A model generated the notes under the pieces. The model worked only from the letters and a program-made list of their open reading frames with translations. It did not search any database and was not told where the DNA came from. Made by a program: the position numbers and the translations under genes. This document shows positions 17,901 through 32,900 of a stretch of DNA of 44,151 nucleotides, one piece after another. This DNA comes from Oscillospiraceae bacterium (GTDB lineage: Bacteria > Bacillota > Clostridia > Oscillospirales > Oscillospiraceae): the NCBI GenBank assembly GCA_031266955.1, contig JAISAA010000263.1, forward strand, positions 1 to 44,151. The letters run 5' to 3'. The first letter of the stretch is position 1, and every line of letters begins with the position of its first letter.

Positions 17901-20900
17901 AGTAGTGGAATTCGGCGAATTCGACGGCTACGAAAAGCTGCCCTGGAATTGGGACTATGAGGAGCACTACGACTATCTGTGGCCGCACACCGACAAACAC
18001 GATAGCCTAAGCGACGAGGCCTACTATGCCACCGCCGACGAAGCGTCCTCGCTTATCTACATCAACGGACATACGGAATGGTACTCCACCTACGCTGCGG
18101 AAAATTACAAGGTGCCGGTGTTGTATGATCGTTGGAACTATACCGGCGGGAGTATTGAAGAAACAGAATGGCGGCTCGACAGCGAGGAATTCCAGTGGGT
18201 GCACAAGGATCTGCTCATTTCCACCTCCCGCTGGGAAAACAAAGACCTCAGCACGGCTGTGAACAACTATCAAAACACAAATCAGCAATATGTGACCGGG
18301 ACTACGCTGATAAACTACCAAGCGCAGGACGGGATATCGACAGACCGCGCGGCGCTGTACGTCCCCTACGGCAACGCCGTAGTGTCGGCCTACTCGTTCT
18401 ATGAGCACGCCGATTCGCCGGGGATGAAATACCCGACGCCGGAGGAAGTGTCCAGCCCGTCGGGCGCGGCGCGAGAAGTCGGCTACGATGACAAAGACGT
18501 AACGACGGCCTTTGAGTCAAACGCGGGCTACAAGTTCGTACTGGGCAATGAGCCCAACGGCCAGATGTACAATATGAACTACGCCCTGCGCACGGACGAT
18601 ATAGATATAACGGGCCGTGATTTTGACGTGCCCGATTCGCTGTTCCAGAACACTGAAATAGGCGTTGCCTACAACTTTTTCAATAACATGGGCTTTGATG
18701 ACTACAATGGTATATCGGTCCCGACACACACCGGCTTCACCTATTTCTACGGCGCCAACAGCCCGCTGCTGAACAACCCCGTCGTGCGTGCCGGCGGCTG
18801 GTACGAAATCAGCCAAAGAGTCCCGCACGGGGGAACAGGCGGATGGCACAGAGGACTTAATCTGTATCCGTTGCTGGCGGCATATTACAGCTATGACGTA
18901 CCGCTGTTCAACAACGGGCCGGCCTACGGCGGCAACGGCGGCGCCGGCAGCGACGGCGAGGGCGGCACAAACGTCGGGTATAATTACCCCGCGGCGCCTA
19001 ATTATAATTATCTGCTGTCAAACGCACAACAAATCAAGCAGCCGCTGCCCGGAGAGACCAAGGCCGGCAACACGTACAATATGGGCAACGACCCCAACAA
19101 GCGCTACTCCTTCACGGGCAGCAAATTCTACAACGCCTATTTCGATATCGACGTCCCGGTCTACGGCCCCGACAACGCGGCGCCGGACTTGAGAAACAAG
19201 GGCTTTGTGGTAACGAGCGTAGAAATAAGCTCTGAATTGATAGAAATGCTGCTGGAAAACACGGACAAAACAAACGTCGATGAATTGTTTGACAGCCTCG
19301 TCATATACGGCAACAGGGGAGTGACGGCGGGCGCGGGCGTGAGCTCCACAGTGACGCTGACCGGGGAGGAGCTCGCCGCTTATTATGACGACACCGCGGA
19401 ATCGATCACGCTCCCGCGCGAAGCGTGGTTCAACGCTTCGACCGCAGAGGAGAACGCCGACCTCGAATACGCGGCCCGCTTTGAGCTGAAGATCAAAGAA
19501 TTTCCGCAGGAAATTTCTCGCGATGAGAACTGCGCGATCTACGTCTACGGCTATTCCACCCGCTACGAGAAGCCCATGGACGCCGTGGGTACGTGGCGTC
19601 AGGATTCCGCGCCTTACGCGGATAACGGCGATTTTTATGAGAAAATCGATGACACCTACAGCTATTCGCACAACCCGTACCATAAGATAATATCGAACGG
19701 CGCATACTATTACTGGCACCTGAACGGCAGGGAGTACTTAGCCGATGAAGACCTGATAAGCGCCGCGAAAAACGGTGACGGTAACAGCTACGTCTACCCG
19801 AAAGCCGAGACCTGGACAAACGACGCGCGGGACTGGGCCCGCATCCAAATCGCGCCGCAAAATCTCCGCGCGAGCGCTTTCGCGATGAAACCTAATACGA
19901 CGGCTCCAACGCAGGAAAAGCACGACGTCGTAGAGGTCCAGTTCAGCGAATCCGGCGGCTACCGCTTCCGGCTGAGCAACAACAGCATAAGCAAGGCGAT
20001 AGACGCCTATGTGACGCTGACGATGCCTCTGACCGCCCTCAACGACGCCGACGCCGCAAAGCGCGACCAAGGCTTCATAACGGACAAGCTCACGCTGACA
20101 AAGGCGCTCTTTGAAAAGGCCGCCCCGGACGAAATAACATTTACGAACAGCGCCGGAGAGTCGCTGACCGTGCAAATTTCGGATTTTACCGGTAAGACCT
20201 TTGCGGAGTTTGACGAAAACGTTGCGGACAGCGGCGCCGGCTACGACGGCGCCGGCAATCTGATAATAACGATGAAATGGATCATCGCGAATTCGGCGAT
20301 GACGGGCGACGGCCACCTTCTGAACGACGAAGACGGCGTCGGCACGGGCGAAATCGACTACGAACAGGTTTACGAACGCGACGGCCACCCGCTGAAAACA
20401 GTCGCCCTGCACATCCCCACCGTCGTTGCGAATTTGCCGTTTGCGGACCCGCAGACTGACCATGTCAACGGCGTAGACGTCCTGATAGACGGCAAGGCGG
20501 AGCGCTACGGCGACAACACAGCCTCCGTCGGCGGCTACGCCTATCAGCAAAAAGACCCGATCGAGGCGCAGGGAAGCGGGATCGACCTCAACGCCAACCT
20601 CCACGTCAAGCAGCCCAAGCCGCGCGTGGACGTGATCGCGAGCGAGACGTACGGCGCCATAGACGTGAATTATGCGAAAAACCCATATACCAAGAGCGAT
20701 ATCGGCAAGGCCGGCTCCGGCGGCGTGACCTCAGACACGGACGCGGCCAACGAAACGCCGGTGACGCTCGGGCGGTACAACAACCACGCGGCGAGCTTCG
20801 ACGTCGTTCTGGCGAATATCGGCGAGGTGAGCGCCGGCAACAGCAAAACGGTGATCGATTTACCCATGTTCGGCATAGACGGCGACGGCGTAGCCGGCAA

Positions 20901-23900
20901 GGACTACACCGGCTTCCACACGGAAAGCATAACGCTCTCAAAATCACTGCTCAAATACACAGGCTTCCAAACCCTGAGCCTGTGGGATTACGACACTTGG
21001 AATACGGGAGAAAACCCGCCCGCCGACATCGTCATAACGCGCGCCGCTCTGCAAGCTTGGCTTGTGAGTGAAAGCATAGCTGCAAACGAAGACGAGGCGA
21101 AAAAAATTCTTGCCGGCGACGACGGGACTGCCGGCGTCACGCTGACAAACGCGGACTGGGAATACTTCCGCACGGAACCCGGCCACGACCCGATAGCAAA
21201 CCTCGCGCACGCCACGATGACGTCGCAAAAGATCGAAGCGATAAACCTCGACGGGCAGACGTTTACGGAATGGTACTCAGGTCGCGGCGGCTCGGTGCCC
21301 CTCGAGGCTATGGGCTTCCCCGACAACGTCGGGAATTCATATCCGGCGGCGGGCGGCAGGCTGCACGACCAAAACGCCCCGGACAACTGGGCCTACGCCG
21401 AGAACGACGCCGGCCTGACCTTCACCGGCTACAACGACCGTTACGACACAAACCTCGCGGCGTCGGCGACGCTCTACCCGCTGTATCTGGATAAAACCGC
21501 CCTGTACAGCGCGGCGATAAACGTACCGTCCCCGGGCCCGCAGGTAAAGCAGTACGCGCAGTACGGCGTAAAGCGCGGCAACATCAGCGCGAACGCCTCG
21601 GCGGCGACGGCGCTGGCGATACCCTATGACCGCTACGGGCAATACCACTACGCCATAGGCAACGGCGACACTGACGTAAATAATATCCGCAACGGCTATG
21701 TGGATATAGCCTTCAACGCCGTCACGAACCCCGCCCGCGGGGACTCCACCCGCGAGCTGCATATAGACGAGATCGAGCTCGACGGATGGCTGTTCGACAG
21801 CTTCGCCAAAATAGACCGCGTCGTGATCGTGGACAATGACGGCTCGACGGCCGTGATCCGCAAATTCAACGATGGATTTTTCTTCGCGGAAGCCGGCGAC
21901 GCGGGTAACAACGGCATGGTCTTCGATAACAACGAATACGGCGATAACGAATGGGAAAAAGCGGACGCCGCGACGGCGCTTGCGCCAAACACAAAGAACG
22001 ACGGCGGCTTCAAGGTCACGCTTGAAGACCTCGAGACCCAAGGCGTAACGGACCCACAAAATATGCGCATCTGGCTCCACAGCGCCAACATCGTCAACGG
22101 AAACCGTTATAAAGACGCGAGCGCTTACAGAAAGAGCAATGACATAACCACTCCGAAGTTCGTAAAGGACGAAAATCCTTACGCCGACGTCCAATTCGCC
22201 ATCCACGCCGGAGGCCGCCTTGATGTCTGGCCGAAGGAAGGCTACAGGGCCACCGGCTGGTATGTTCAGACACCGTACCAGTCGAGTTATACCTATGCTT
22301 ATCTGAGCGATTCGGGTGAGAAGTACGACGTCAACGCCAACGGCGGCTCAGCCGGGGGCGGCTTCACCATAGCGCGCACGACGGGTATCGCCTCATATAC
22401 TTCGCTGTTCACCTACTCCCACCGGTCGGATATGCGCTTCACCACGATGAACTATCTGGACGAGTTCAAGAACACCAAGAATGCGAACGCGCAGGCAGCG
22501 TTCCTCGTCACGGCGATGAAACTCGATTTGCAGCTCGAAACGGCGCTTCGCGCGTCGGACTCGCTGGCGGAAAACGACGACTTCACAAAGCGCGGCATAA
22601 CCTCGCGGCGCAGCACGTATTTCAATCCGGTGTGGGACGGCGGCTCAACTCAGAACGTACCGGAGCCGTATGATAATGTGAGTGGCAGTATAGTCCAGAA
22701 TAAAGCTTACCCCGCCGTACAGGGTGAGTTTACCGGCGGACGTACTCCGCAAGATGTTTATGCAACTGAATATCATGGTCAGTCCGGCACCAACATCATG
22801 GAAACGACTCCGGAAAGCGACTACGCGGATATGAGCACGCTGACCACCTACACAAAGGACATAGTCAGCTACACCGCCAGCCTGTATCAGGACACCGATT
22901 ACTGGAACCACGCCGAGGCGGAGGCAGAGCTCACGATAGACCTGCCATCAGACTATTTCGACGCGTACTATGTAAAAATAGACCCGAAAGTGCGCCCCCT
23001 CGTCACCGGCGTAGATATCTACTACGCGAACGACGATGGCGGCGATGCGCCGATGAAAAGCTACGGCGCAAATGACTTGACGGAGCTCTGGGGCCGCGAG
23101 CGCGACGCCGACCAATCGACCGAATGGCTGCGCATAGACGCGACGTATAACAATACCAGCGCGTTCAACGAGGATGACGCCTCGCCGAACTCATATTATG
23201 ACGTCGGAGAATGGGACCCGGTCGAGCTCAACAACGAGCCGGACTCGCACCCGTATTACAGAACGCAGCGCTACTATCAGGCGGACATCGACGACGGCGA
23301 GCTGCCGGACGAGATATTGCACACCGCCCGCCGCGTCGTCGTGCGCCTCGCGCTAAACCAGAGCGACGAATACTATAAGAAAGACACGGACAGTCTGCAC
23401 GGAAAGCTTGCAACAGGAGCCTATGATACGTACAATGACACTTTTGAGGAAAAAACCGGAGTCGATCTGACAGTGCCCTATATGACCGGCACAGGCAAAA
23501 CGGAATACTGGAATTTCATAAACACCCAGAATACCGACGGCTTCCCGCGCGACTTCGTCGAGGTCACGGGACGAATGTACCGGATAACCGGAAGCGAAAG
23601 CGCCAAGGCTGACGCCCACGTAAAAGTGCTGCTGGGCGACGACGATAACGACGAAAACCGCATCCTCATCGATCCGACGGGCGAGAACGACTTTAACAAC
23701 AGCGGTAACGCCTACGCTCCGGCGGAGGTGTACAACAGCGGGAACGGCGCGGCGAAATACCGCTCGGAGAGCGGCCTGACCTTCGTATCCCGCAACACGA
23801 ATACTGGGGTCAGCAGGGGAGAGCCTTTCCTGCAATCCTGGCTGCCCAGCCTGCTGTACTACAACAGATATAACGACGGCGCGGGCAGCGGCACTGACGT

Positions 23901-26900
23901 TTTGCACAATGACCGCCAGTGGGGCGACCTCGCCGTCAGCGCCCAGATAAAGGTCTCGACCTTGGGAGCAGATATCGCAAAGACCGTAACGGACGGCGGC
24001 GCGTCAAAAACCGGCCTGACCTTCGGCGGCTACGACAGCTACACGGTGACGCAGACGAACAACAAGACGAACGGCGGCGCCGCCTACGGCGCAACCACGC
24101 CGCCCGCGCCCACAGGCGCCTACCTCGACCGCCTGTATCTGCGTGACTATCTGTGGCGCGCGATCCCGATCAAGAACTACGTCGAAGACGTCTACGAGCG
24201 CGGCTTTTTGCCGACTGTGATAGAGCTCAAGCCTGAAAACTTCAAATATTTCGAGAGCCTGACTCTCTCGCTGGGTAAATACGAACAGAAAACGCCGCCG
24301 CCCGAGACGTGGCCGACCACCTCGGAAAGGCAGGTAAAGCTGCTCGTCCCCACCGACGCGGGCTACGAAGCGGAACTCGGATATGGGCGTTATGAGAATA
24401 ACGAAAGCTCCGGCATCACCGACGAAATATACACAAGCGGCGACCGCATAGTGTTCACACTTGAGGACTTGCAAGAATACATTGAGAACTACGGCGTCAA
24501 CACGACCGATTCGTACTATATCTACCTCGAATACGAGGAAAACGGCGCGGGCTCCCTCTACGACACGACGCCGGGGGATTCCACGGACGTAATTAAGTAC
24601 CTTCGCCCTGAAACCGAGAAAAACCAGTATAAGGGCACGACGATAGTCCTGCCGAAAAGCGTGTACGTGACGGACTTCGTGTTAGAGCTGCGGGACATTC
24701 CGGGCGGCAACGATTTCAGCGCGGAGCTGGAGGGCGTGACGGCGGACGTCAGCCCGAAAGCGGTAGAGGTACACGGGCATTTCTTCACGATAGAAGCCAA
24801 GGGCGGCGCCGTGAACGCGGCCCGCCAGCTCGTCTGGGATTCCGTCTCAGCCAGCGAGAACGACTATTACATAAAAAACACTGAGACCGGTATTACGCCC
24901 AAGCAGGACCCGGCAAAGCCGGTGTACACCGCCGGCAGCTATGGCGTCGGAGCCGCCAATACGCAAACTGAAAACGATCTGTGGACCGGCGGCAGCGCCT
25001 ACAACAACGGCGCGGCGGTCTCGGCTGAAACGACGGCGAAAATATCCGTCAAGGATAAAGCTCTGACGGGCGTCGCGAAGCTTGAAAACAGCTGGGACCG
25101 CCGCAACGAGGCCGAGGCGGGTACCGATAACGACTATGTGCGCTTTTACGACTACGGCGAGGACGGCGTAACGCCGAATGTCCTGTGGCAGTACATCAAC
25201 TTCCAAAACCCGGCGTCGGAGGGCGGCACGGACAACACCGCAGTCAGCCGCGTGGACTTCACCTACAACGCCGACGCGTATTTCCGTATGAAAAACATCT
25301 ACATCGCGGCGGATATAATCGACCCGGTGACCGACCCGCAAAATCCCAGCTCCGAGGTCTTCCACGGCTGGCACGGCGACTGGCGGCCCAGAAGCTTCGA
25401 GATAACCGCGATAGCGAATAACGTAACGTCAAAGGTGAGCATCCCCGACGAAAAATTGATAGACTATTTCAATACGTGGGAGTGGATAGACGGCGTCAAA
25501 TATTACGTGCTCGACGCGGAGGAGCTTTTCACTACGTTCGGCGATGCCGTAGGTCAGGATGGTTTATCGCAGGAGCCCGGCAAGCCCCCGATATTCGGGA
25601 TAACGGGCAGCGATAAATACGGCTTTGACGCGGAGTATATGCCCTTGCGGATCACGACGTTCAGCGGCGCGTTCGAGACGACGCACCTGCTTTCCGAGGG
25701 CATAAAGGATATGTTCCTCCCCGGTACGTATTTCCTGACTGGCGACGGTACGCAGAAAACGGACACCGTCGACGACATAATGGTGCGCGGCGACTACGTA
25801 GACAAGACGGACTACACGGAGGAAATCGAAGAAGCCGGCTACACGTGGGACAACACCACCCCGACGTTCAAAGGCTCGAGAGCGGATAACGACCCGTTCG
25901 ACGCCTTACAGCACAACAAGCAGAACGAATCGCAAAATCAATCGTGGACGGCGAACGCGACGCTTAACACCTGGTACACGACGAAGGAGGAGGTAAAGAA
26001 CAACACAGGCGCCTCCCGCAAGTGGAAGCTGCCCGACGTGGAGGCAAAGGTGCCTCTGGCGCACCGCTACGCCGTGGCAAATTCAAGCTGGACGTGGCGC
26101 GGCGTGACGGAGGACGGCACGGAGGAAATACGCCCGGAGGACGTGGGCGAAAAAGCGCTGAAGCTGAATATGCTCCCCGGCGATAAGATCACCGGAACAT
26201 ATACCGTGCGAAACGCCGGCAAGGAAATGCCGGAAAACGCGACGCACGAGTTCGGCAATATCGCGCTCTACGACCCGGCCTACCTGATGTTCGCCAACGG
26301 CGGCGCGAAGCCCGCCAACGGCACAAACAATGCGGCTGCGCCCGGAGCCGCCAACGCGGAAAACCTGATGCGCGGCCTGGAGGTCACGTCGATAGAAGTT
26401 GACTATTCCGCGTCCGGCCTCGCCCCGGATACGACCGCCGAGACCCTTGACAGGAACACGCGCGTGTTCTACAAAGAGCGCCACAGCAAAGACGACGGCG
26501 CCGTTGACGCGGACTGGATCGAGTTCGCTTACGACAGCGCCGCGCCGGGCTATTCGTATGAGTACGACTCGGCCAAAAAAATCGGCACGTACACGTTCCC
26601 CGCCGCGATGAACGTCAAATTCATCAATATAACGACGACGGGCGAGCTGGGCTTTGTCACAAAAGACACAGCGGAGCAGACAAGCGACCCCGGCGTCGTC
26701 CAAAACGACACGCTGACCGTGACGGTCAACTACGCGCTGGTGGACGACTACGAGGGCGCCCACGGCGGCATTCAGGGCAAGAACTTCCACACGGAGATAA
26801 TAGACGCCCCGGTGCGCCGCCACGACTTCAACCCCGTGGTGATGACGAGCGCGACAGACAGCCCGAACGCCCCGGTCACGAGAGCGAGAACGCGCGCGGA

Positions 26901-29900
26901 CAACACGGAGCTCGACGTCAACGCGAATAACTTAGACGGGCAGCGCCCAGTTACCGGCAGGCCGGCAAAAAATCTGCCGGAGAAAATTTCGCAGAACTAT
27001 GACGCGTTTCAGGTGCTCAAGTTCCTGAACCTCAGCCTTTACTATCAGCCCGGCGAGTTCCGCGGACTGTGGCTCGACGGCGATTGGATAAATGAAACGC
27101 CCGGCTGGTGGACCGCCGCGAATTGGACGGACGCCAACCTGACGGCCAACAGCGCCGGCTACTATGAAAACGACAGCCTGTACGTCGTCAACTACAAGAG
27201 GGTAGGGGCGGCCGCCGCCGGCACGGGAGAAGCGGCGGCAAAGCCCGGCGACACAAGCCCCAACGTCACGTGGAACTGGGGCGGAAACCTCGACGGCAGG
27301 GACGCTTTCATCAAGGTGACGGACATCAAAAACTACACCTATCGCAACAAGGCGGATCTGTCCGTGCGAGTGGCCTTGGACACGAATATCAAGGGCTCGG
27401 GCGTCGGCGCCGTTCCCTACGACGGCTTCCTGCTCTCCGCGTGGCCCGTCGCGGCGTACCCGGCAAATTACGACTTCGACTTCCTGCGAGACGGCGAAAA
27501 AGCAGACGATGACGCGAATGATGATATATACGCCGACTTCCATTCCGCCGGCTGGTACGGAGACGGCAAGGATGCCGTAAGCGGCGAAACCGAATACAAA
27601 TGGGTGGAACGCAAAACCGACGGCGACGGAAGCTATGAGCTGACCCCGATGACGGATGACGAAACTCTCGACGGCAAATACAGGCCGAAGCTCTATTACA
27701 CGACAGACCCGTCCTCGACGCCCGAAAACAGCGTAGTGTGGAAGCAAGTAGCGTTTGACGATATAGACGCCCAGACGCCGCCGGAGGAGGGCTTCGCCGC
27801 CGTGCGCCAGCTCCGCTGGGACTACGGCTCCGTGCCCAGCTACACCTACGTGAGAACGGGCGACGGCACGCCGTCTGTGCCGGAGAAAGAGCCGCAGCTC
27901 ATAAGCGGCCATTACATCGACACCAACAATGATAATGAATACACAGTGCCGGACGACCCGGGGGATTTGCAAGAAACGGACGATATCTGGGTCGCGGAAG
28001 AGCCTTATGACAGTACAAACGAAGACCCGGATTATCCGGCGATTGCGATGTATTCCGATGCGGAAGACGGCCTGCCCGCGCAGCCGACGCAGTACGAAAC
28101 CGTGCCGCTGGCCTTCCCCGACGTATACATCGCCGGCTACGGCTATTGGCGGGACGAAAGCGGCCCCACCGCCGCGGTTTACACCATCGACGGTAACGCC
28201 CGGCCTATCTACACCATCGGCATACTGGGCGACCTCGACCGCTCCACGACGCTAAACGGCGGCTACGCCCTGTCGAGCCAAAACATAGTGCGCGTGACGC
28301 CGGACGTGGAGATAGCCACACACGCCTTCCCCGACCGCGCCAGCGCCGAAAAGAAATTCTTCGGCAACTCCGACGAGATAAAATTCTGGTACCGCCCCGG
28401 CGACGAGCTGTGGTACAAGACAAGCGTGCAGAACCACTATACCGCCTACAATAGGGCGGAAACGGCGGTAAAAAGCGGCACGGGCGTGATACAGGACTTG
28501 GCCGTGTATGAAAAAATACCGGAGTACATCGACGCCGATTTCCTGGACCCGACGAAGCTGGAAGAAGCGGGCCTCACAAAAGACACGGACTTCGGCGTGG
28601 ACGCGGACAACGAAAACCGCGTGATATGGATCACCACGGACGGCGTTAATACCCTGCTCGGCGACGGTTCGGACGACGCGCTGCTCAGCATAAATATGTT
28701 CTACCGCAACCCGGAGAACGATCAGGAGTACAACGAAAAGTTCAACGGCGCGAAAACCTACTCCGCCGCGGAGCTGGCGGGAAGCTACGCCGAGCTGCCT
28801 AAGACGTATATCGATGACACGGAAAAACGGATAGACAGCTCCGAGGAACGCTCCGTCTTCAAGGCCCCCCGCATAAACGTCTATTACATAGAGGACTGGG
28901 ATATTGACGGCGATCAGGTGACGCAAGAGACGACGCAAACACTCAACCTCTCGCAGCTCACCCATCCGACGAACCAGAATTTCACCGGCAACTGGGCCCA
29001 ATATCAGAACAGCAACGGCCACTGGACCGGCCCGTTCATCCTGGAGCACGCTTACAATCCCGTGGGGAATGTAGTATACCCGTCCTCCAACCGGCCCGCC
29101 GGCGTCAGCAAAATAACCTTCGCGGTGGTGGAATTTGACTTCGGGCAGGAGGAGGACGTCTGGCTCAACCCAGTCCTGCCGGACACGACGGCGATCAACG
29201 CCCACAGCCCGGCTGCTTCGGGGGCCGCCGAGCCCTCCGAACCCGCCTACGGACACCTTCACAGCGTCAACGGCCAGAGCCTGAACCCCGGCGACCGCGT
29301 GGAGATACAATACAAAGCCCGCAACAACGGCAAATTGCCGACGGCGAACGACACAACGACGGGCCGCGTGAATTACGCGCCGATGGCCGGCGACCTGACA
29401 CAGCTGGCGTTTCAGGGGAGCTCCTGGCAGCGTGCCAGTGGTGCAAGCTCCTATACCTTGGCGCCTTACAGCGACTACGAGTTGTCCTATGAGCCCCATG
29501 TGACGAATGTCTCAAGCCGCCTGATGGAGGGCGACTACCTCTACCATGAGGCGGGGGTGAGCGGCACGCCCAACAGCGGCACGGCAAAAGAACAGTTCCT
29601 GGGCAAATACGCGCACTGGCTGCCGGCCAGCGACGCGGCCAAAACTCTCAGCCGCGGCTGGATGACGGAGCACTCTTTTTCTGTTGAGAGAAAAATTGGG
29701 ATGAACGTGAGCTGGTTCACTTTTTACTACTACCAATATCACTCCGCCAGCCTTCTGCTCAATTACGGCAAGCGTATCAATAACACTCTCGCGTCCGGTA
29801 ACGCCGACCTCTGGATCGGCACAGACGGCATTTGGGACACCGACCGCCGCTCAGAGAACAATCTGAAAGCGACCAGCACCGACGATATGTACGATATGCG

Positions 29901-32900
29901 GGTTCAGGTGCTGACTCCCCGCACGGAAAAGGTGCAGGGCGCGACGGCGGCCGATATTCGCCCCGTATACGGCTACGTAAAAGTCGGTGATGAATACATC
30001 TGGCAAGCGCTGGAGGACGGCGATATTTCGGCAATGGCGGACGAAGTGAAAACCAGCTACACCGCCGCCCGGCCGCCGGAGGACACGCCGCTGCGCGAGA
30101 ACACCGTATGGGCGGAGAGCCGTATGCACCTGCGCCGCGGCTGGCTTGCCGCGACGTCGGAGCTCCCGTCGGAAAAATTGGAGTACGAACAAAACCTCGA
30201 CCTCAAGCTTACAGCCTACAACTACGGCGACTGGGGCTTTAGCGGAGTTAATTTTGTCGAGGTAATGCCCTTGGGCACACAGCCCCGGTTCGACTCGGAC
30301 GGTCTCCCCGTGGCGGAGATAACGCTGGGCGGCGTGACCTACAACAGCAAGGATGCTCCGGGCGTAATAAAAACAGAGATCATCCAGAGCCCCGCCTATT
30401 ACGACCCGGAGAATAAACAAAGCCACGCCGCGAAGGTGGACCCCGATAATCAATACGTCGCGCCCATTGAGCAGATGGATTATAACGTGCGGCCCTACGC
30501 CGCCGCGCCCTTACACAATGACATCAACATCGGCTACGTCGCCGACGCCGTCCCGTGGGTTGTGAAGGTGACGGTCACGAGCGAGCTTGGCGTGTGGTGG
30601 AACTCCGCCAAGGAAACCGCGTGGGCGGCGGAGGGCAATCCGCTGCAAAGCGGGTGGGCCGGAGACCCGTCGCAGTACACGGCGGTGTTGAAGGCCGCCG
30701 TAGTGGACCTCAATTACAACGAAAAATGGTACGACAAGCTGCTGGCGTACCCCATTTTGGACGGAAATTCAACGGAATATGAGATTTACGACTATGAGTA
30801 CTCATCCACCGGCAGAACCGGCGCGGCGACTAAGCTCAAGGACAAAATCACCGGCGAGACGGCGGGCCGGGGGACGGATCCTGTTCCCGCGACGTATGTT
30901 TTCCGCCTGTATGAGAATCCGTCGGGGAGGCGCAGCTTAGGGTACGCGCAGGATGATGACGTAAAACGCGCGATCGATCAGTCAACAAACAGTCCCCCAA
31001 CCTTTGGGATCGGGTACAACTATTTTTACCATAGCTGGTACCGCGATAGCGCGAAATATTTCGCGAGAGACACAAGCCTCCATACCGATTACGTCAACAA
31101 AGAAATCAAGCCCATAGCCTGGCAAGCGCCGTACATACACGGCGTCAACAAGCACACCGTCCGCGCCTCGGCGGATATGACGGAAAGCTTGCCGGGCTTT
31201 GAGGGCGTCCCCTATTCCGGCAAAAACGCCTATGAAGTGCGCAAGGTGGCGCGCAACGGCGACTACGCCGACGCCAAACACCCGACCATCGGCCTGACGC
31301 CCAGCGTCGGGGCCGACGCGGAGACGGATTACTCGACACAGGTCTCAGAGCCGATCCAGAATTTTGACATTCACCTGAAGGCGGACTCCACCTCCAACAC
31401 GCTGTTTGACCCGGTGTACACCGTCCTGTTCCCGCAGGGCATAGTCCCGATGACGACCCGCACGGTAGGCGACGTACCCCTGTCCAGCGACGGCACGCCC
31501 TACCCGTGGTATCAGCCGGAAGGCACCTACAGCGCAGAAGGCCCCGGCGAGAAAAACGCGACGTGGCTGAACGGCGTATACATAGGCTCCTGGGACGAGG
31601 GTGAAGGCAAATACGTCAAAGACCCCGAAATAGAGGCGGCGATGGCGCTGATCGACCCGGACGGCGAAGGGATGCAAATATTGTGGTCCGTGGGTCTCGA
31701 CAGCGACGAGACGGCGAAAAATCTCGGCGTAACAGTCAACACCGCCGTGGGCGACCGGCAGACGACGGCAGACCCGATAAAATATCTGGACGGTACGCTT
31801 GTCAGCGATGGCTCAATTACGGAGGAATATCTGAAATCGCTGTTTGACGTGCGCGTGGATTGGCTGTACTACGCCGACGGCGACGCTTACGGCGGTACGC
31901 CGGGCGTGCCCATGCGCCGGTATCTGGTGCAGTTTATCCCGAAAGTGCAGCCTTTCAAAGAGGGCTTGCGCATCCCGCAGGGCTCGTCGCTGACGATCTC
32001 AATAAGAACGGCGGCGGCGGCGACGCCCGAAGTGCTTACCCCCGGCGTGGACCCGGACGACCCGCCCCGCGAAAACGTCGCGCTGGTGCAGCGCTGGCAG
32101 GATATTGTCACTTTCCTGACGAGCCGCAGCGACCCGACGAAGCTGCAAGCGGCGCCGGAGTCCGCCTACCCCTCGTCGCAGTTCAAGAGCGCGCTGACAA
32201 AGTACGAGGAGGACGGCGCCATACAGTTAGAGCACTGGACGGCGGACCGCTTCCCGCAGTACAAAAGGCCGGCGGCCTATCTGCCCCAGCGGGCGAGAGA
32301 AGCGCTGAACGGCGAGGACCCGCACGGCATTGCGCCGGGCGGCGAGCTGGTATATATCTTCACGCAGAACCCGAATCCGGAATCTTGGAAGGACGTCGGC
32401 GTTATGCGCACGATGTACGTCAAGGGCGCGGGGCCGCGGCTTGTGCTGGATAAGCGCATCGTGGCGTCCACCCGTTACGACGAGGAAAAGAACGCGGCCG
32501 TGCCGACGCCGGGCACCCCGGATCAGCCGGACGGCAGGGGAGCGCTTCTGGCAAACAATGCCGCCCCGCCGCTGTACTCCTTCGGCGACGAGATATGGTT
32601 CTCACTGGAGGCGTTAAACGACCCGTCCATCAGAAACGAGTCCAACAAAGACCTCGGCGTCCTGACGAATTCCCAGCTGCTGTTTGTAGACCAGCTCCCG
32701 GACTTCCTCAGCTACGCCTACGATTATATAATAGAGATACAAGACCCGGACGATCCGGCTAAGACCAAGCTGCTGACAAGGGATGAGGCCGCCGCCGCCG
32801 GCTGGCAGATCGCGCTTAAGGCCGATATGACGCAGCCTATGCCCTCCACGACCGGCGCGGAGCATATAGTGATGTTCACGGCGCTGACGCCCAGCCGCGT

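Noticed and set aside
21736-21744. RGD tripeptides in the giant protein (also at 25786-25794) as integrin-binding motifs
   Set aside because: A few RGD occurrences are expected by chance in a >10,000-aa protein, and nothing in the context distinguishes them.
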